From the NCBI GenBank assembly GCA_963833425.1, contig CAWHXP010000002.1, positions 352,001-416,000 on the forward strand: 64,000 bases of DNA, read 5' to 3'. This DNA is from an uncultured Methanosarcinaceae archaeon. GTDB taxonomy: Archaea; Halobacteriota; Methanosarcinia; Methanosarcinales; Methanosarcinaceae. How positions within the stretch are numbered: the stretch's first letter is position 1; each line of letters opens with the position of its first letter. Both the position numbers and the translations under genes were made by a program. Under the pieces are notes generated by a model. The model saw nothing but the letters and a program-made list of their open reading frames with translations, was not told where the DNA came from and ran no database searches. Below are positions 1 to 11,294 of the stretch, one piece after another.

Positions 1-151
1 GATTTCCGTGATGCCCTTCAGACTGAAGCTCTTCAATCAACTCCCTATCCAGGACGCTAGTGCTGGATACCAAAAACTTCAGAGCTTTCTGGACTCTGAA
101 TACATCCTCTGTTGCGTGGGCGAATGCACGCAGAATTATGTGATAAATCAC
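1..151 (-). CDS. RNA-binding protein, COG1325/DUF54 family (5' part; runs off the window start)
   Basis: Not in the ORF track. Manual translation from GTG at 151, overlapping the rpl15e stop, gives [24 protein letters not shown]...EGHHGN. HATED and GHHGN are typical of COG1325, which commonly follows rpl15e in archaea. Confidence 0.8.
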   Translation of the reverse strand, partial: MIYHIILRAFAHATEDVFRVQKALKFLVSSTSVLDRELIEELQSEGHHGN

Positions 152-738
152 TTCCCTCGACTCTTATGTACACGGATGCTGGGCCTCGTTTTTTCAGTGC
201 CCTTACCGCGTGTAGACATACCTCTGCCCTTGCGACTGGCACTGGTCTTGCCTCTTGTAGCTCTACCCCTAACAGACGGAGCGCATATCCAATTAAGATT
301 ACTGTCACTCTTTATTACAGGATGATGAGGGTCCACAAGGATGGCTTCATACCATATGTGCTTTCCATCCTCACCTACCCAGTAAGAGTTCAGGACCTCA
401 AGGTTAGGGTACTTACGATCTGCACGAGCTTCAGCAATCCTCTGGATGCTCATGCCACCTGTGATTTTATTCTTTCCCATTTTTTGTGTCCTTCTTCCAC
501 GATTGAATCTCGTTTTGCCAAGTCCCCCGCGGCGTACCTTTACCCTTGCAATAATTATACCCTGCTTAGCTTTATATCCAAGAGAACGAGCTCTGTCAAT
601 TCGTGTGGGTTTTTCGATTCTGGTCACAGATCCCTGTTTTCTCCAAACCTGCAAGCGATCCCATCGGAGCTCTTTCACATATGTCTCCTCAGGGTTTTTC
701 CATGCATCCCGTACATATCCATAAAAAGATTTTACCAA
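148..738 (-). CDS. rpl15e: 50S ribosomal protein L15e (eL15)
   Basis: 196 aa with [33 protein letters not shown] and ILVDPHHP motifs; TTG start. Confidence 0.97.
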   Translation of the reverse strand: MVKSFYGYVRDAWKNPEETYVKELRWDRLQVWRKQGSVTRIEKPTRIDRARSLGYKAKQGIIIARVKVRRGGLGKTRFNRGRRTQKMGKNKITGGMSIQRIAEARADRKYPNLEVLNSYWVGEDGKHIWYEAILVDPHHPVIKSDSNLNWICAPSVRGRATRGKTSASRKGRGMSTRGKGTEKTRPSIRVHKSRGK

Positions 739-760
739 ATTAAAACACCAAGTTTCATTT

Positions 761-828
761 ATGTTTCACGGTTCAACCCTGTATGCAGGGTCACACTCCA
801 ACGGGAACTAATCCCGAAAATGAAACAT
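761..828 (-). ncRNA. Structured 5' leader of rpl15e, probably the eL15-Euryarchaeota ribosomal leader
   Basis: On the mRNA strand an outer helix AUGUUUCA/UGAAACAU encloses two hairpins, CGGGA-UUAGU-UCCCG and GACCCUG-CAUA-CAGGGUU. It ends about 22 nt before the start codon. Confidence 0.7.
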
Positions 829-849
829 GCGATACAAAGGAATAATCTG

Positions 850-866
850 ATTTAAATCTTTGCCCC
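850..866 (-). promoter_or_regulatory. BRE/TATA promoter of rpl15e
   Basis: Minus strand reads GGGGCAAAGA-TTTAAAT, about 25 nt upstream of the leader's 5' end. Confidence 0.5.
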
Positions 867-1557
867 TTCAGAGACATTTCAAAAGCAAATAATTCTTCAA
901 AAAAATTCATAGAAAAGGAATATAGGAACAGAAATTTAGGGAACTGGTTATTTTTATAGGAATGATTGAATATTATCTATTTGCTTGTCCAATCAATATT
1001 ATTAGTGTTTTAAAAGATCTAAATGTGGTAAGTCCCTTAATGTCCACTTTAAATCCGTAATTTCATAATTTTTTGTAGGTGCATTTTCAAATTTAACTTT
1101 TTTTCATATTCTTATGCCGAACCGCCTGCTCTCTACAGAAGCTAAATTGGTGCAGTAGAATATGATTCAATACATTGAGAACTGTACTTTTTTCGAAAAC
1201 TAGCATAAAATTTTCGGATAACATGCACAATAAATTAAAATATTTTTGCTTCAACTTTTTTGACTATTGATTGCATCATTACCTTATGAAAGAAAGTTAT
1301 CCCACATTTGATTTTTCAAAACCGTTCTAAAATTAATTAGTGAATGTCATCAAAGGCTCAAATGTGACTTTGATAAAGTATGCCAAATTGTCTTTTATGA
1401 ATCTTCATTAACCAAACAAATTTAGTGATCTGAATTGTAATAAAAATGAGAGATAAATCGGTATCCTCTTACATATATTTTAACTAAAATAGATGTATCC
1501 AATTACTTACTGGCGAAAAATAGGGAAATCATGATTAACAGCTGATAGTTAATTAAA

Positions 1558-2689
1558 GAGGATTTCGATAAACTTCGGATTTTATTTCTTAGCAGTAATT
1601 TCTCAGATCTTCCCCTCAATTTCTCTATTTGATTCCTCTTTTTGGCTTTACTTATTCTCAATTCTTTGATTTTAAGGATAGCTTCTGCTATCTTCAATAT
1701 ATTTTTTTATTTTCAGTGTCCTCAATTGATGAAGATTATAACAAAAAGCCGTACACAACATTTTTAGATTTACTCTTTTAACAGTAGTAACAAAAACTCT
1801 TCCTGCCTTGAAAATTTCTTTCGTTACTGAATAAACTCCTTCTACTGGGACTCTTTTTGAGCTAATTTTCTTATTTCTGAATATATCCTTTATTCCCAGC
1901 GTATGTCCTTTGACTGCTCTTTTCATTGTTGCATTATACCCTTTCGTTTTTGCTCCAAAGTATCCTCTGTCCCTATAAACCACTTCATTTCCCTCTGTCA
2001 CATCTACATACGAATCATGTACTTACTCAGTTGTTGTTTTGAATCTTCTGATCAGCTCATAATCTCTGTCTATTATATTATGAAGCTTATATCCAAAATG
2101 AGACTTACCTCCCTTCTTTGTCCATGTTCCGTCTCTGATTCTTCTTGTTTTTGCCTCGTCTCTCTGCTTTTGCATGTCATGGATCTGAATGGATAGAAGT
2201 AACATCCTGAATCAGTCCCTGCTTTATCTGGAAACCCAGAGTATCAAGTTGGCTTTGCAACTTTCCCCATATTTTCTTTGAAATCCTCGATAATTCTCTC
2301 CCTAAATAGCCATACAGTAGTACTGTCAGGTATGTATTCAGGAAATACAAGGAATTTCCTAAAAGAAATTCGATCTATACAATGTTTCTCAAGTTCAAAA
2401 TCAGAGAGCACATGCCATTGTTGTAAAACAAGCATTTTGAACATCACAATGACATCAGTTTCAGGTCTCCCTCCTGGAAAGGATTTGTTGATATACATAG
2501 ACTCAAGAATAATACGAAACGTTTTCCAATCAATTAAGGAAGCAATTTCAGCAAGGTTATCTCCAACAGCTTCAAGAAGTTTATACTCTTTTTAAGAGCA
2601 AAATCAGTAAGTGTTTTCATGAATATACATAAATATTGACAAATTTAAAGTCAACCATGCTCAAGAGCATGGAGGTTATCCAAAATCTC
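1558..2689 (-). mobile_element. IS5-family element copy 1, defective transposase
   Basis: TIRs GAGGATTTCGATAA / TTATCCAAAATCTC. Transposase is in pieces (GGRPETDVIVMFKMLVLQQW; KKGGKSHFGYKLH; VVYRDRGYFG). Flanks TAAA and TATA. Confidence 0.93.
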
Positions 2690-3374
2690 TATAATTATAG
2701 TAGTAGCGAGTGTCTCGATAAATGTTGTAAAGAAGCCCTATAACCCTGATTATAGAACATGTGAAAGTGGAGTGACATTAAAAAACAATTCTACAGGTCA
2801 ATTGCTGAAGTTCTTAAAATTCCCAGTTGAAATGTAAAATTTTGGAGCATTCTATCAAGCCTGCCATTGATATTTGGATGTTTTCTTCAATGAGTATGTA
2901 GACACCTATTGAGGCAGTAAGTGATGTAATCATACTCTGAGAATTAAGTTATGTCAAAAGGTTGTTTGGAATGAAAACGCATAAGGCGCATAAAAACAAT
3001 TAAAAAATGGGGAGTCTAATATTTTTTTATATATTTTTAAATATGTGTAAATATGTCATGCCATTAAGTTATTAAGCGCTCCGAAAAATTGACAAGACTA
3101 CGTCAGATATATTTCTATTTGAAATTTGTTAATTTATATCTATTTTTGCCTATGCTTTTCTTAACTCAATCTTTCCATTAAATTAGGAATATAAAAATTT
3201 TCACAAATTTATATTCCAGTAAATGCCAAAAAAGTATTAAAAAGAAGAAGCTTGTTTATAAATCAATGAGTAAGGGTTTTCTATATCTCAGGTTTTTGCG
3301 TAGTTAACGAGATAATTAATTTGGCTATGCTTCGCCAGATCAGTACTGGACATAGTCAGTTTCAATATCCATGT

Positions 3375-3695
3375 CTATTTACTTATTTCCTTGTTCTTCA
3401 TGTGCTCCTTCTTCATCTCCAGATCCTTAATCTTGTCCTTCAGCTTCATTTCCTTCCTCTTAATTGCTCTTTCCAACTTTTCTTTCTTCTTTTCCAGGCC
3501 TGTGTACTTCTTGTCTTTCACGGACATGTTTTTCATTTCAATCCTCTTCATTTCCAGGTTCTTCATGTCCATGTTCTTCTCTTTAGTCACAACAGGTTCC
3601 GCGCTTACTGCTGCAACTGTCACCGATGCTACAAAAAGAACTACCAGCAAACTAGCTAGCACTTTTTTCATTCTAATAAATGACTGTTTTAACAT
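3375..3695 (-). CDS. Small secreted Lys/Glu/Met-rich protein
   Basis: RBS GGAGTG then ATG at 3695; Sec signal peptide MLKQSFIRMKKVLASLLVVLFVASVTVAAVSA; highly charged mature part. Confidence 0.75.
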   Translation of the reverse strand: MLKQSFIRMKKVLASLLVVLFVASVTVAAVSAEPVVTKEKNMDMKNLEMKRIEMKNMSVKDKKYTGLEKKKEKLERAIKRKEMKLKDKIKDLEMKKEHMKNKEISK

Positions 3696-4069
3696 CCATT
3701 CCACTCCTTTTTATTAAATTTGATACAATTTTGGTCCGGTTAGAACTTGCACAGTAAATTGAAAAAATATTATTTTGATAATTTCACCTGCTGGAGATGG
3801 TATCCAAGAGACACTTGTGACTCTTCTACTTCTTTACTATTGGGTATGGAAGATATTTACTAGTAGAAGCTTCAAATAATGTAATTAAGAAGTGGGAACG
3901 AACTCCAGGAATCGAAATTACGCTCAGCTAGGTGAATCCTTGAATCTATTGATTAATATTTTTAGAGAAATCTATTTCAAACCCGAAGACACTTCCACTA
4001 ACTAATCTATCTACTGCAGCTTTGAAGCTTTCGTTTCAGCTATATATGGTAATATATTTACTAGTTTAG

Positions 4070-4858
4070 CTATTCATCATCAGATATGGCCTGACTATCA
4101 TCAGGTACATCCTGATCATCGCCATTTTCTCTATTAATGGCCATTCCTTTCGCAGCTTTTATCTCTCCAGTTTTCTTATTAATAGCCAACCCTTTAGCAG
4201 CTCTTATTTCTCCATTTTCATTACCTATGGCCATTCCTTTCGCAGCTTTTATTTCTCCAGTTTCTTTATTAACAGTCAATCCTTTAGCAGCTTTTATTTC
4301 TCCGTTTTCATTACCTATGGCCATTCCTTTCGCAGCTTTTATCTCTCCAGTTTCTTTATTAATAGTCAATCCTTTAGCAGTTTTTATTTCTCCGTTTTCA
4401 TTACCTATGGCCATTCCTTTCGCAGCTTTTATCTCTCCAGTTTTCTTATTAATAGCCAACCCTTTAGCAGCTCTTATTTCTCCATTTTCATTACCTATGG
4501 CCATTCCTTTCGCAGCTTTTATCTCTCCAGTTTTCTTATTAATAGCCAATCCTTTAGCAGCTCTTATTTCTCCATTTTCATTACCTATGGAAATGCCAGT
4601 CAAAGCTTTAATAATCTGTCCAGTTTCACGGTCCAAGACCATTCCTTTCACAGCTTTTATTTCTCCGTTTTCATTACCAACAGACGTTCCTTTCAAAGCT
4701 TTTATCTGTCCATTATCAATATCTATGACCACTATTTTTTTATCGTTAACCGCAGCAGGTTTCGCACTTACTGCTGCAAATGTTACTGATATTACAAAAA
4801 GAACTGCCAGCAAAATAGCCAGCCCTTTTGTTATTTTAATAGATGTTTGTTTCAGCAT
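4070..4858 (-). CDS. Secreted tandem-repeat protein (13 x 15-aa repeats)
   Basis: Signal peptide ending AAVSA; alternating GEIKAAKGMAIGNEN and GEIRAAKGLAINKKT repeats; acidic tail; RBS GGAGTG. Confidence 0.85.
   Translation of the reverse strand: MLKQTSIKITKGLAILLAVLFVISVTFAAVSAKPAAVNDKKIVVIDIDNGQIKALKGTSVGNENGEIKAVKGMVLDRETGQIIKALTGISIGNENGEIRAAKGLAINKKTGEIKAAKGMAIGNENGEIRAAKGLAINKKTGEIKAAKGMAIGNENGEIKTAKGLTINKETGEIKAAKGMAIGNENGEIKAAKGLTVNKETGEIKAAKGMAIGNENGEIRAAKGLAINKKTGEIKAAKGMAINRENGDDQDVPDDSQAISDDE
4137..4590. repeat. Coding tandem repeat, five near-identical 90-bp units (45-bp sub-period)
   Basis: ATGGCCATTCCTTTCGCAGCTTTTAT recurs every 90 bp; degenerate units continue to about 4712. 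Confidence 0.95.
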
Positions 4859-5689
4859 TCATTTCACTCCTTTATGAAATTGGACGTTTGTATGTGATTT
4901 TCAGTTTAACGATGCAAGTTCAGAACAAATATTAATGATCGTTAATATATATTAATTATTTTATATTAATTAATATTTATATTTTTAAAGTGCTACCTGT
5001 ATTTTTATTTATTGAATTTTATAGAGCCTACATGAAACGTAAATAACAAAGTATGTTCAAGAAGCAGATTTGATGGAGTATTCCCTAACTAGTAACCAGT
5101 ATTAAAATTAGTAGTTTCAATACTTATGGATAAAAGAAAATCTAAAAACAGAAGCTTTGCCAATAAAAATCCAAGAGTATAAAGAGCAGCAGAATTCTCG
5201 TGATATAAGCCAATAAAATACTTTCATGTAAGTGTTGTCTTTTGCATCAATAAAGAGGATCCTCTATTTAACGCAAAATCTATTGAATTCGAGAAAACAA
5301 CCAAGATTGCAATGTGCATTCCAAAGTAAAAATATTCGATGTATATCATCCAATGTAGATTATCCCACCTATGGGAATTCTAGCTCTGAGAGCAAGTGGG
5401 CAATGATAAGAGTAAAAAGAATTGATGTAAATAGCTCAGGACTCCACGTAAACTGAATCCAAAATGAGTTTTACTTTCACCCTTGGTGATCATTGTATGT
5501 ATTGCAAACAGAAGAATGACTATCACATCAAAAGGTAAAAAATCTGGATTAAAGAGAAATCGCATTCCTCCTTTCGAATCGAAGTTGAGGTGAAATTAGG
5601 GACAGTGAAATTTGCAAAGATCCCTAATCTAATATTGGGTTATTAGAATTAACCCTGTAATCGAAGAGATTTTTTGTGGCTCTCAGCCA

Positions 5690-6050
5690 TCAAGCACGAA
5701 AGAGCATCCTAAGTGAATGAGTGACATATTAAGAAATCAGAGGATCAACTCAAAATAGCTACAGCGGAACAAGTTTGTGTAGTAACTAAAAAGATATTCA
5801 AAGCAGGAAAAGTTCTTGTCACTACTGTTCAAAGAGTGAGTAGAAGATTTTGGTAGCTTTTTGTCATAATATCTATTATGTGATTACAGTGGGAATAAAC
5901 AAATAAGGGAGATGAAGACTATTTAAAATCAAACAATGATATACCTAAACTAAATAGGGTCAAAAACAGAAATTAGCGAGAAAAATTTGGACAGCATTCC
6001 AGCAAATGGAAAAATCAAAGATAAATTGGAATCCTCAGAAATTATTTCCA
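5690..6050 (+). pseudogene. Old IS5-family transposase 3' remnant
   Basis: Pieces translate as DILRNQRINSK and VVTKKIFKAGKVLVTTVQRV, homologous to the C-terminus of the IS5 copies. Confidence 0.7.
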
Positions 6051-6177
6051 GTCATTAACAATTAACAATTGATTTTCAAAAAGCAGGAAGACTAATATCA
6101 TAGCAAATCTATATAAGCAATTATTGTCTCAAAATTCAAGCATTTTTGATAGAATTTTACTGTAAAGGGGTTTTAAT

Positions 6178-6939
6178 ATGTTCTCACTGAATGAACAGAA
6201 AGCTATCGAACTTGGACAAGCTGGAGAGAAAGCAGTAAGACAACAAAATGACTACGATGCACTTCAAAATGTTGAATACCTTCGGGAATTCGGGGAAGAG
6301 TTACTCGGGGCAAATTTGGAGACTGACTTAAAGAGAGTCGTAATTTCACTCCGGAATATAGGCAACAAAGCTATCCAGAAAAAGATTGAGAATGTTGTTT
6401 CCGCTGCTGTGGAAGTTCTTAAAACACTTGCTGAATTTACATTAGAAAAAAAATTCTCAATTGCGCTCTTGTCTTTTTCAAAAGCTTTGCAGGAAGTAGG
6501 AAAAGGAGCAGCACAATTTCAAATGCTTGATGCTGCAAAAAATGCTGTTGACACTCTTGAGATTATAGGGTCAGGTGCTGTTATAAATAAGATGGAGGTT
6601 GTGACCCTCTGGACGACTCTGGCACTTGAAGAAATAGATTATATTGCAAGTAGACAACAGCTGGAAGACTTAAGCAAAGCAGGAAAAGATGCAAGAGAAC
6701 GTATCATAAAATCCTCTGAAGCAGCAGATTTCATTCCAAGGGAACAGATCGAAAAATACCCTCAACTTATTGCCCATAGTGTAAGTGAATTTGCAGAACT
6801 TCAGAATATTCAGCCTGCAGGTTATGCGGGTAAGCTTAATGAGGAATTTTCAGAAGAAAAATATTTTGAGGAAGAGGCAATCGAAAGTGAAGAAGAAAAA
6901 CCTGAATATGAGCCTTCTGAAAAAAAAAATAATCCGTAA
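6178..6939 (+). CDS. Hypothetical all-helical protein with acidic tail
   Basis: 253-aa ORF with amphipathic helical repeats (LRNIGNKAIQKK, LQEVGKGAAQFQ, LEIIGSGAVINK) and an E-rich C-terminus. Confidence 0.8.
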   Translation: MFSLNEQKAIELGQAGEKAVRQQNDYDALQNVEYLREFGEELLGANLETDLKRVVISLRNIGNKAIQKKIENVVSAAVEVLKTLAEFTLEKKFSIALLSFSKALQEVGKGAAQFQMLDAAKNAVDTLEIIGSGAVINKMEVVTLWTTLALEEIDYIASRQQLEDLSKAGKDARERIIKSSEAADFIPREQIEKYPQLIAHSVSEFAELQNIQPAGYAGKLNEEFSEEKYFEEEAIESEEEKPEYEPSEKKNNP

Positions 6940-7249
6940 ATAGAGAAAAACTATTGCTTTTAAATCATCAATCTGACATTTTAATTTTTATGTTGAAAGG
7001 AGATTTTCATATTTAGAGGAAGAATTATATGATGGGGAATTTTGTTAGATTCCTAAATTTCATCATATGCTTTATAATAGTACACAAATGACTCGAGAAA
7101 ATAGAAGGTTATTGAAATTTCCCAATTTAGCATGAAAGTACGTGACTAAATTGGTTCCTCATGCATTCTCAAAGATCTCTTTTCTCACAATTACTATCAT
7201 TCCACTATTATTTGTATACATTCCTCAATTACAAAGATCAAAGTCTCTA

Positions 7250-8500
7250 CAATCTGCCTAGGTTTAATTTCTTATTTCATACCCTTTTTCATCTCCATAA
7301 ATCTCATTATTTGTAATAAGATGTCACATTGTTGTGGCAAATTTTCCTTGTTAGGGCAATAATTGCTTTAGAATATCCATTTAAGTTTTTTTCGGGCAAT
7401 TTTTTTTACTTACTATTTTTTTTTCTTGCTGCTGCTTTAGTACTCTATGTTAAAATTCATTTTGCTTCCTTCTATCCTTTTTTGTGATTATACAATTATC
7501 GAATTTATCTACAAATTGGTATACAATCAGAACTATTCAAGCCGTGAAGCAAAATTAGCTCTTGGGCAAAAAAATATTTGAAACTACCTATTTCAGCAAT
7601 TAGAATTGCTCACAAATTTATTCCAATATCCTAAACTGAAATTAAAATACTAGTTTCCAGTTTATATTTCCAGGAAACATAATTAAAAAGTTATTCTCTA
7701 AAGTTCTTACACTACATCTCTATGAAGTATTTCTGTACAAAAATCTATCTTATCTGAACACTTCTTTACGAATATTTGGGCAAAGAATTTCTAAAATTTA
7801 GTCTACAGTAGCACCTAATGCGATTGATGGCAGTAATTGAGATACCTTTTTGCCAATAATATATGTCAGTACATAACTTAGATTAAACATTTTAGGTCTG
7901 AGAATAGAGTGAATTTCATTTTTGAGATTTGCTTTTTTTTGCACAGTTTGTGTCTTTGGAAAAATTGAGTGGAGAATCATTTCATCCAATGCAAATTGTG
8001 CAATAACTTTTGAATCTATCTCATTCGCTTTTTTGAGTGTAAATGTCCATAGCTCGTGCATTTCCAATTAGAACATGTAGATGCTTCAACAATGGACCAT
8101 AAATAGGAATCCAAAAGTCACTTGTTGATTCGCATCAGCAACGTTACATTTTTTGATATATTTCATTTTTCAAGGATAAAATTTCATCATCATTCTTCTC
8201 GAAACGTTGCTGATGTTTTCCAACTGATATACTGAGAAAGGTAGCAATAGACAAAAATTTGTGAATGCCTAAACCACAATATTTGGTTACTATTTCCGAC
8301 AATTAGATTATCAAATCTATTTTAGAAGTTGAATTGTCTTAGATGCAATTTGGCTTCCATGATCAAAATCATTTTTGAATCCTTGATGTCAATTAACTAA
8401 TTAGTTCTATAAAGATTTTGAAAACCAAAATTAGAACAAAATTCCTTCTAGATTTCTGTCGGGTCAATAGCCAAAAAAGAATAAAGAAGTAAGTACTTTC
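7250..8500 (-). pseudogene. Decayed IS110-family transposase
   Basis: Fragment KKANEIDSKVIAQFALDEMI...VQKKANLKNEIHSIL resembles the IS110 KTDxIDSxxLA...KNxIHSIL motif. AAARK and IARKKL-like pieces lie near 7380-7440. Boundaries approximate. Confidence 0.55.
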
Positions 8501-8636
8501 ATTTTTTTTGAGCCTGTAATTCGAAGAATTAAATATTTGTTTAGGTAGTTTGTTCTTAAATTTTCTTGATAGTAGTCACTCGAAACTACACCAAATCAAA
8601 AATACTGAAGTCCGATGATATAAATCATTTTAAATA

Positions 8637-9653
8637 TTAAAGTTGGATAGTTTTTCCTTTTTTGGCCCAACATTTTGGATAAGTTCCGGTTTCCATCATA
8701 ACTCTAATAGGAGTAGCTGCAAGACCAAAAGATGATTTGAGGATCTCCTCTGTGCTCATTTCAGCTTTTGCCAGAGCTACAAGCTCGCCTTTTAGGGTAA
8801 ATAACGCGACAATATCACCTTTCACAAGATTTGAATCCAGGCTCACAATACCAGGAATAGCTAGAGAAGCTCCTGAACATATTGCATCTCCCGAACTGTC
8901 CCTCAAGAGAATCTTGGGGATGTGAGAAACCGCCGATTCCATTGGTCTTATTACCCTCCTGATTTCGGATTCATCCCCACATTCCTTCCAGAAAACATAT
9001 GCATCTTTCAGGTCCTGTAGGGTAACAAGTGTTTTCTCAGTAAAAGGCCCGGCTTTTGTTCTTCTGAGTTCTTGCATATGTCCACCACATCCTAAAGCAA
9101 GCCCGATGTCGTGGCAGAGTTTTCTTATATAAGTTCCTGCCTCGCATCCTACACGAAAGAGCACAGATCTGCCCTCGATTTCAATTATTTCAAGATAATA
9201 TATTTTTCTTATTCTGAGTACGCGCTTTACAGCAGACTTAACAGGAGGGACCTGGTAAATGGAACCTGAAAACTCCTCACATACTTTTCGAACAAGTTTT
9301 GGAGGCATTTCTCTGTGAAGTTTCAGAAGACAAACGTACTCTTTTCCAGAAAGGCGAAGAGCTGAGACAGCTTTTGTAGCCTTTCCTAGAAGAGTAGGTA
9401 AAAGTCCAGTAACCTTGGGATCAAGAGAGCCAGCATGACCGGCTTTATTCACGTCAAGTATATCTTTTATCCAGGCTGCGACCTCGTGGCTTGTGGGCCC
9501 TCTAGGCTTATCAATGTTCACAACTCCTTTTTCTATATATTCAAGAATTGGGCGTTTTTCCGGATAACAGCCATAACATGGATTTGTCCAGGCGCCGGAT
9601 TTTCTGACTAGTGTTCTTTCAGTTTCTGATGGCAATTTGCTGACTTGTGACAT
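8637..9653 (-). CDS. cbf5: H/ACA RNA-guided pseudouridine synthase Cbf5 (TruB family)
   Basis: VNIDKPRGPTSHEV, GHAGSLDPKVTG with the catalytic Asp, CEAGTYIRKLCHDIG and a C-terminal PUA domain. Confidence 0.96.
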   Translation of the reverse strand: MSQVSKLPSETERTLVRKSGAWTNPCYGCYPEKRPILEYIEKGVVNIDKPRGPTSHEVAAWIKDILDVNKAGHAGSLDPKVTGLLPTLLGKATKAVSALRLSGKEYVCLLKLHREMPPKLVRKVCEEFSGSIYQVPPVKSAVKRVLRIRKIYYLEIIEIEGRSVLFRVGCEAGTYIRKLCHDIGLALGCGGHMQELRRTKAGPFTEKTLVTLQDLKDAYVFWKECGDESEIRRVIRPMESAVSHIPKILLRDSSGDAICSGASLAIPGIVSLDSNLVKGDIVALFTLKGELVALAKAEMSTEEILKSSFGLAATPIRVMMETGTYPKCWAKKGKTIQL

Positions 9654-10131
9654 TTTTTATCGAAAACTCCTGAACTGTATATATGTGTGTCCAATATAGA
9701 TTAAGAACAAACTGCTAAGTTGATAATATTTGAAAATACGAATTTATAGATGTGTGAACATCAGAGATATATCATATTTATCTTTAATATTGCAGTAGGT
9801 ATTATAGCGAATACTTTCCTTACTTAGTATTGATCGATTTGTTTATCATAAGTTTCTTAGAGATTGAACATAACAATCGAAACGGACGCTTCATTTTAGA
9901 GTTTAGAAACTTAGAAATTTCTTCAATCTGGAAAAATAACCGTAGATCACTAATAAATCTTTATGCCAACATATGCTTAGACAAAGACTACTGGATACAT
10001 TTGATTGTTACTTCTCACTGTAGAAATCGGTTGTGAAAAACTCAAATATCTAGTACAGAATATCTACATTTTAATAGAATAAACTGTACGCTGTCTGGAA
10101 ATCAGACATTTTTAAGGACGGGGCTAAGAAA

Positions 10132-10674
10132 TTATTGTGGTCCAACAAGGGAATCAATAGCTACTCTTAGGATATCTAGAATCTGATATTGGTTCCATTT
10201 TTCAGAATCAATAACAATGTCGTAAATAGAGAGATCACCTATGTCAATGTTGTAGTAGTTTATATAGCGAAGAGCTTCGGATTTTTCCCTTAATACAGTT
10301 CTTTTGAACTCTTCATCAAAGGATACTGATTTATCCCGTTTCTGAATACGTTTAACTCGGATAGGTAATTGAGCCTTTATCCAGATTTTCAGTACATTTG
10401 GAACACCCACAGCCATATGGCCTGCGAGGCGACTTTCGAGAACTAGATTGTCCTGACTTCGGATAATAGCCCTCTGATTTTTATCGATAGCAAGGTCTAT
10501 TGAGGGATCTTTCTCGGCCATAGCTCCGAATTCTGCAAGGGTCATTCCTTTCTCCTTAGCCATTTTCCTGAAAATTTCTCCTGAGGAGATTAATTCAAGC
10601 TCATAGTATTCGCTCAGAAGCCTTGATGTAGTTGTTGTCCCACTCCCTGGAAGCCCGCTTACCGTTATTTGCAT
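10132..10674 (-). CDS. cmk: Archaeal cytidylate kinase
   Basis: ITVSGLPGSGTTT P-loop, SSGEIFRKMA, ESRLAG and DLSIYDIVID; start overlaps the upstream stop (TGATG). Confidence 0.95.
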   Translation of the reverse strand: MQITVSGLPGSGTTTTSRLLSEYYELELISSGEIFRKMAKEKGMTLAEFGAMAEKDPSIDLAIDKNQRAIIRSQDNLVLESRLAGHMAVGVPNVLKIWIKAQLPIRVKRIQKRDKSVSFDEEFKRTVLREKSEALRYINYYNIDIGDLSIYDIVIDSEKWNQYQILDILRVAIDSLVGPQ

Positions 10675-11294
10675 CAGACCCCACCAATATTCAGCGCCTT
10701 TCTTATCAACTGGCTGACTCCAAGAGAAGAGATAAAGTACCAGTAAATCCAGTGCTGAAAAGGGCCAAAAGCATTAGAAGTAAGCAACTGTTTACCCCAA
10801 AACGGAAAAACTATTGTGGCAGATCCGTGACCGCTTATGTAATAGTAAATCCACATCAAAAGAGGAATGGAGATGATACTGATATAAGCCATAGGCTTAA
10901 ATTGCTGTTTGGACATCTTCATTTGGTCTTCCATCATATCCTTTCGTTGATCTTCGAGCTTTTTTAGCATGTAAGTGTTCTGAGAAAGCTGTGCCTCTCT
11001 AAATTCTTTCTGGAAAATTTTCATGCGTTCCTGGGTGTTTCTCATAAGATCCCAGTCGATTGTATACTTTTGGATTAGAGATGCATAAATAGCAGTTATA
11101 GCTGCCATTACTAAAAGGACTAGATGAAAATTCTCTTGTCCGACCAGGGCAAGTAAGGGATTCATTAAAACCCCAACAGTTTCCCCAACGGTCTGTCTGA
11201 AATTCTGTCCAAGAATCATTATCCCGAACATCAGTGAAAAACCGAAAGCTAGCAAAAATCGATCGATCTGCTTTTTTAATGTTTCTGAAACCAA
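10674..11294 (-). CDS. DUF106 / EMC3-TMCO1 (Oxa1 superfamily) membrane protein
   Basis: TM, coiled-coil, KQQFKPM, TM, WIYWYFISS pattern; conserved position upstream of cmk. Confidence 0.9.
   Translation of the reverse strand: MVSETLKKQIDRFLLAFGFSLMFGIMILGQNFRQTVGETVGVLMNPLLALVGQENFHLVLLVMAAITAIYASLIQKYTIDWDLMRNTQERMKIFQKEFREAQLSQNTYMLKKLEDQRKDMMEDQMKMSKQQFKPMAYISIISIPLLMWIYYYISGHGSATIVFPFWGKQLLTSNAFGPFQHWIYWYFISSLGVSQLIRKALNIGGV

Noticed and set aside
8..855. Long + strand ORFs (8..325, 112..855, 446..724)
   Set aside because: Shadows of rpl15e and the COG1325 gene.
4137..4877. 246-aa hydrophobic repeat ORF on the + strand
   Set aside because: Antisense shadow of the 4070..4858 repeat gene, which has the RBS and signal peptide.
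5380..5565. KGESKTHFGF as an IS5 KSHFGY fragment
   Set aside because: The surrounding sequence does not align to the transposase; more likely the start of a decayed membrane-protein gene.
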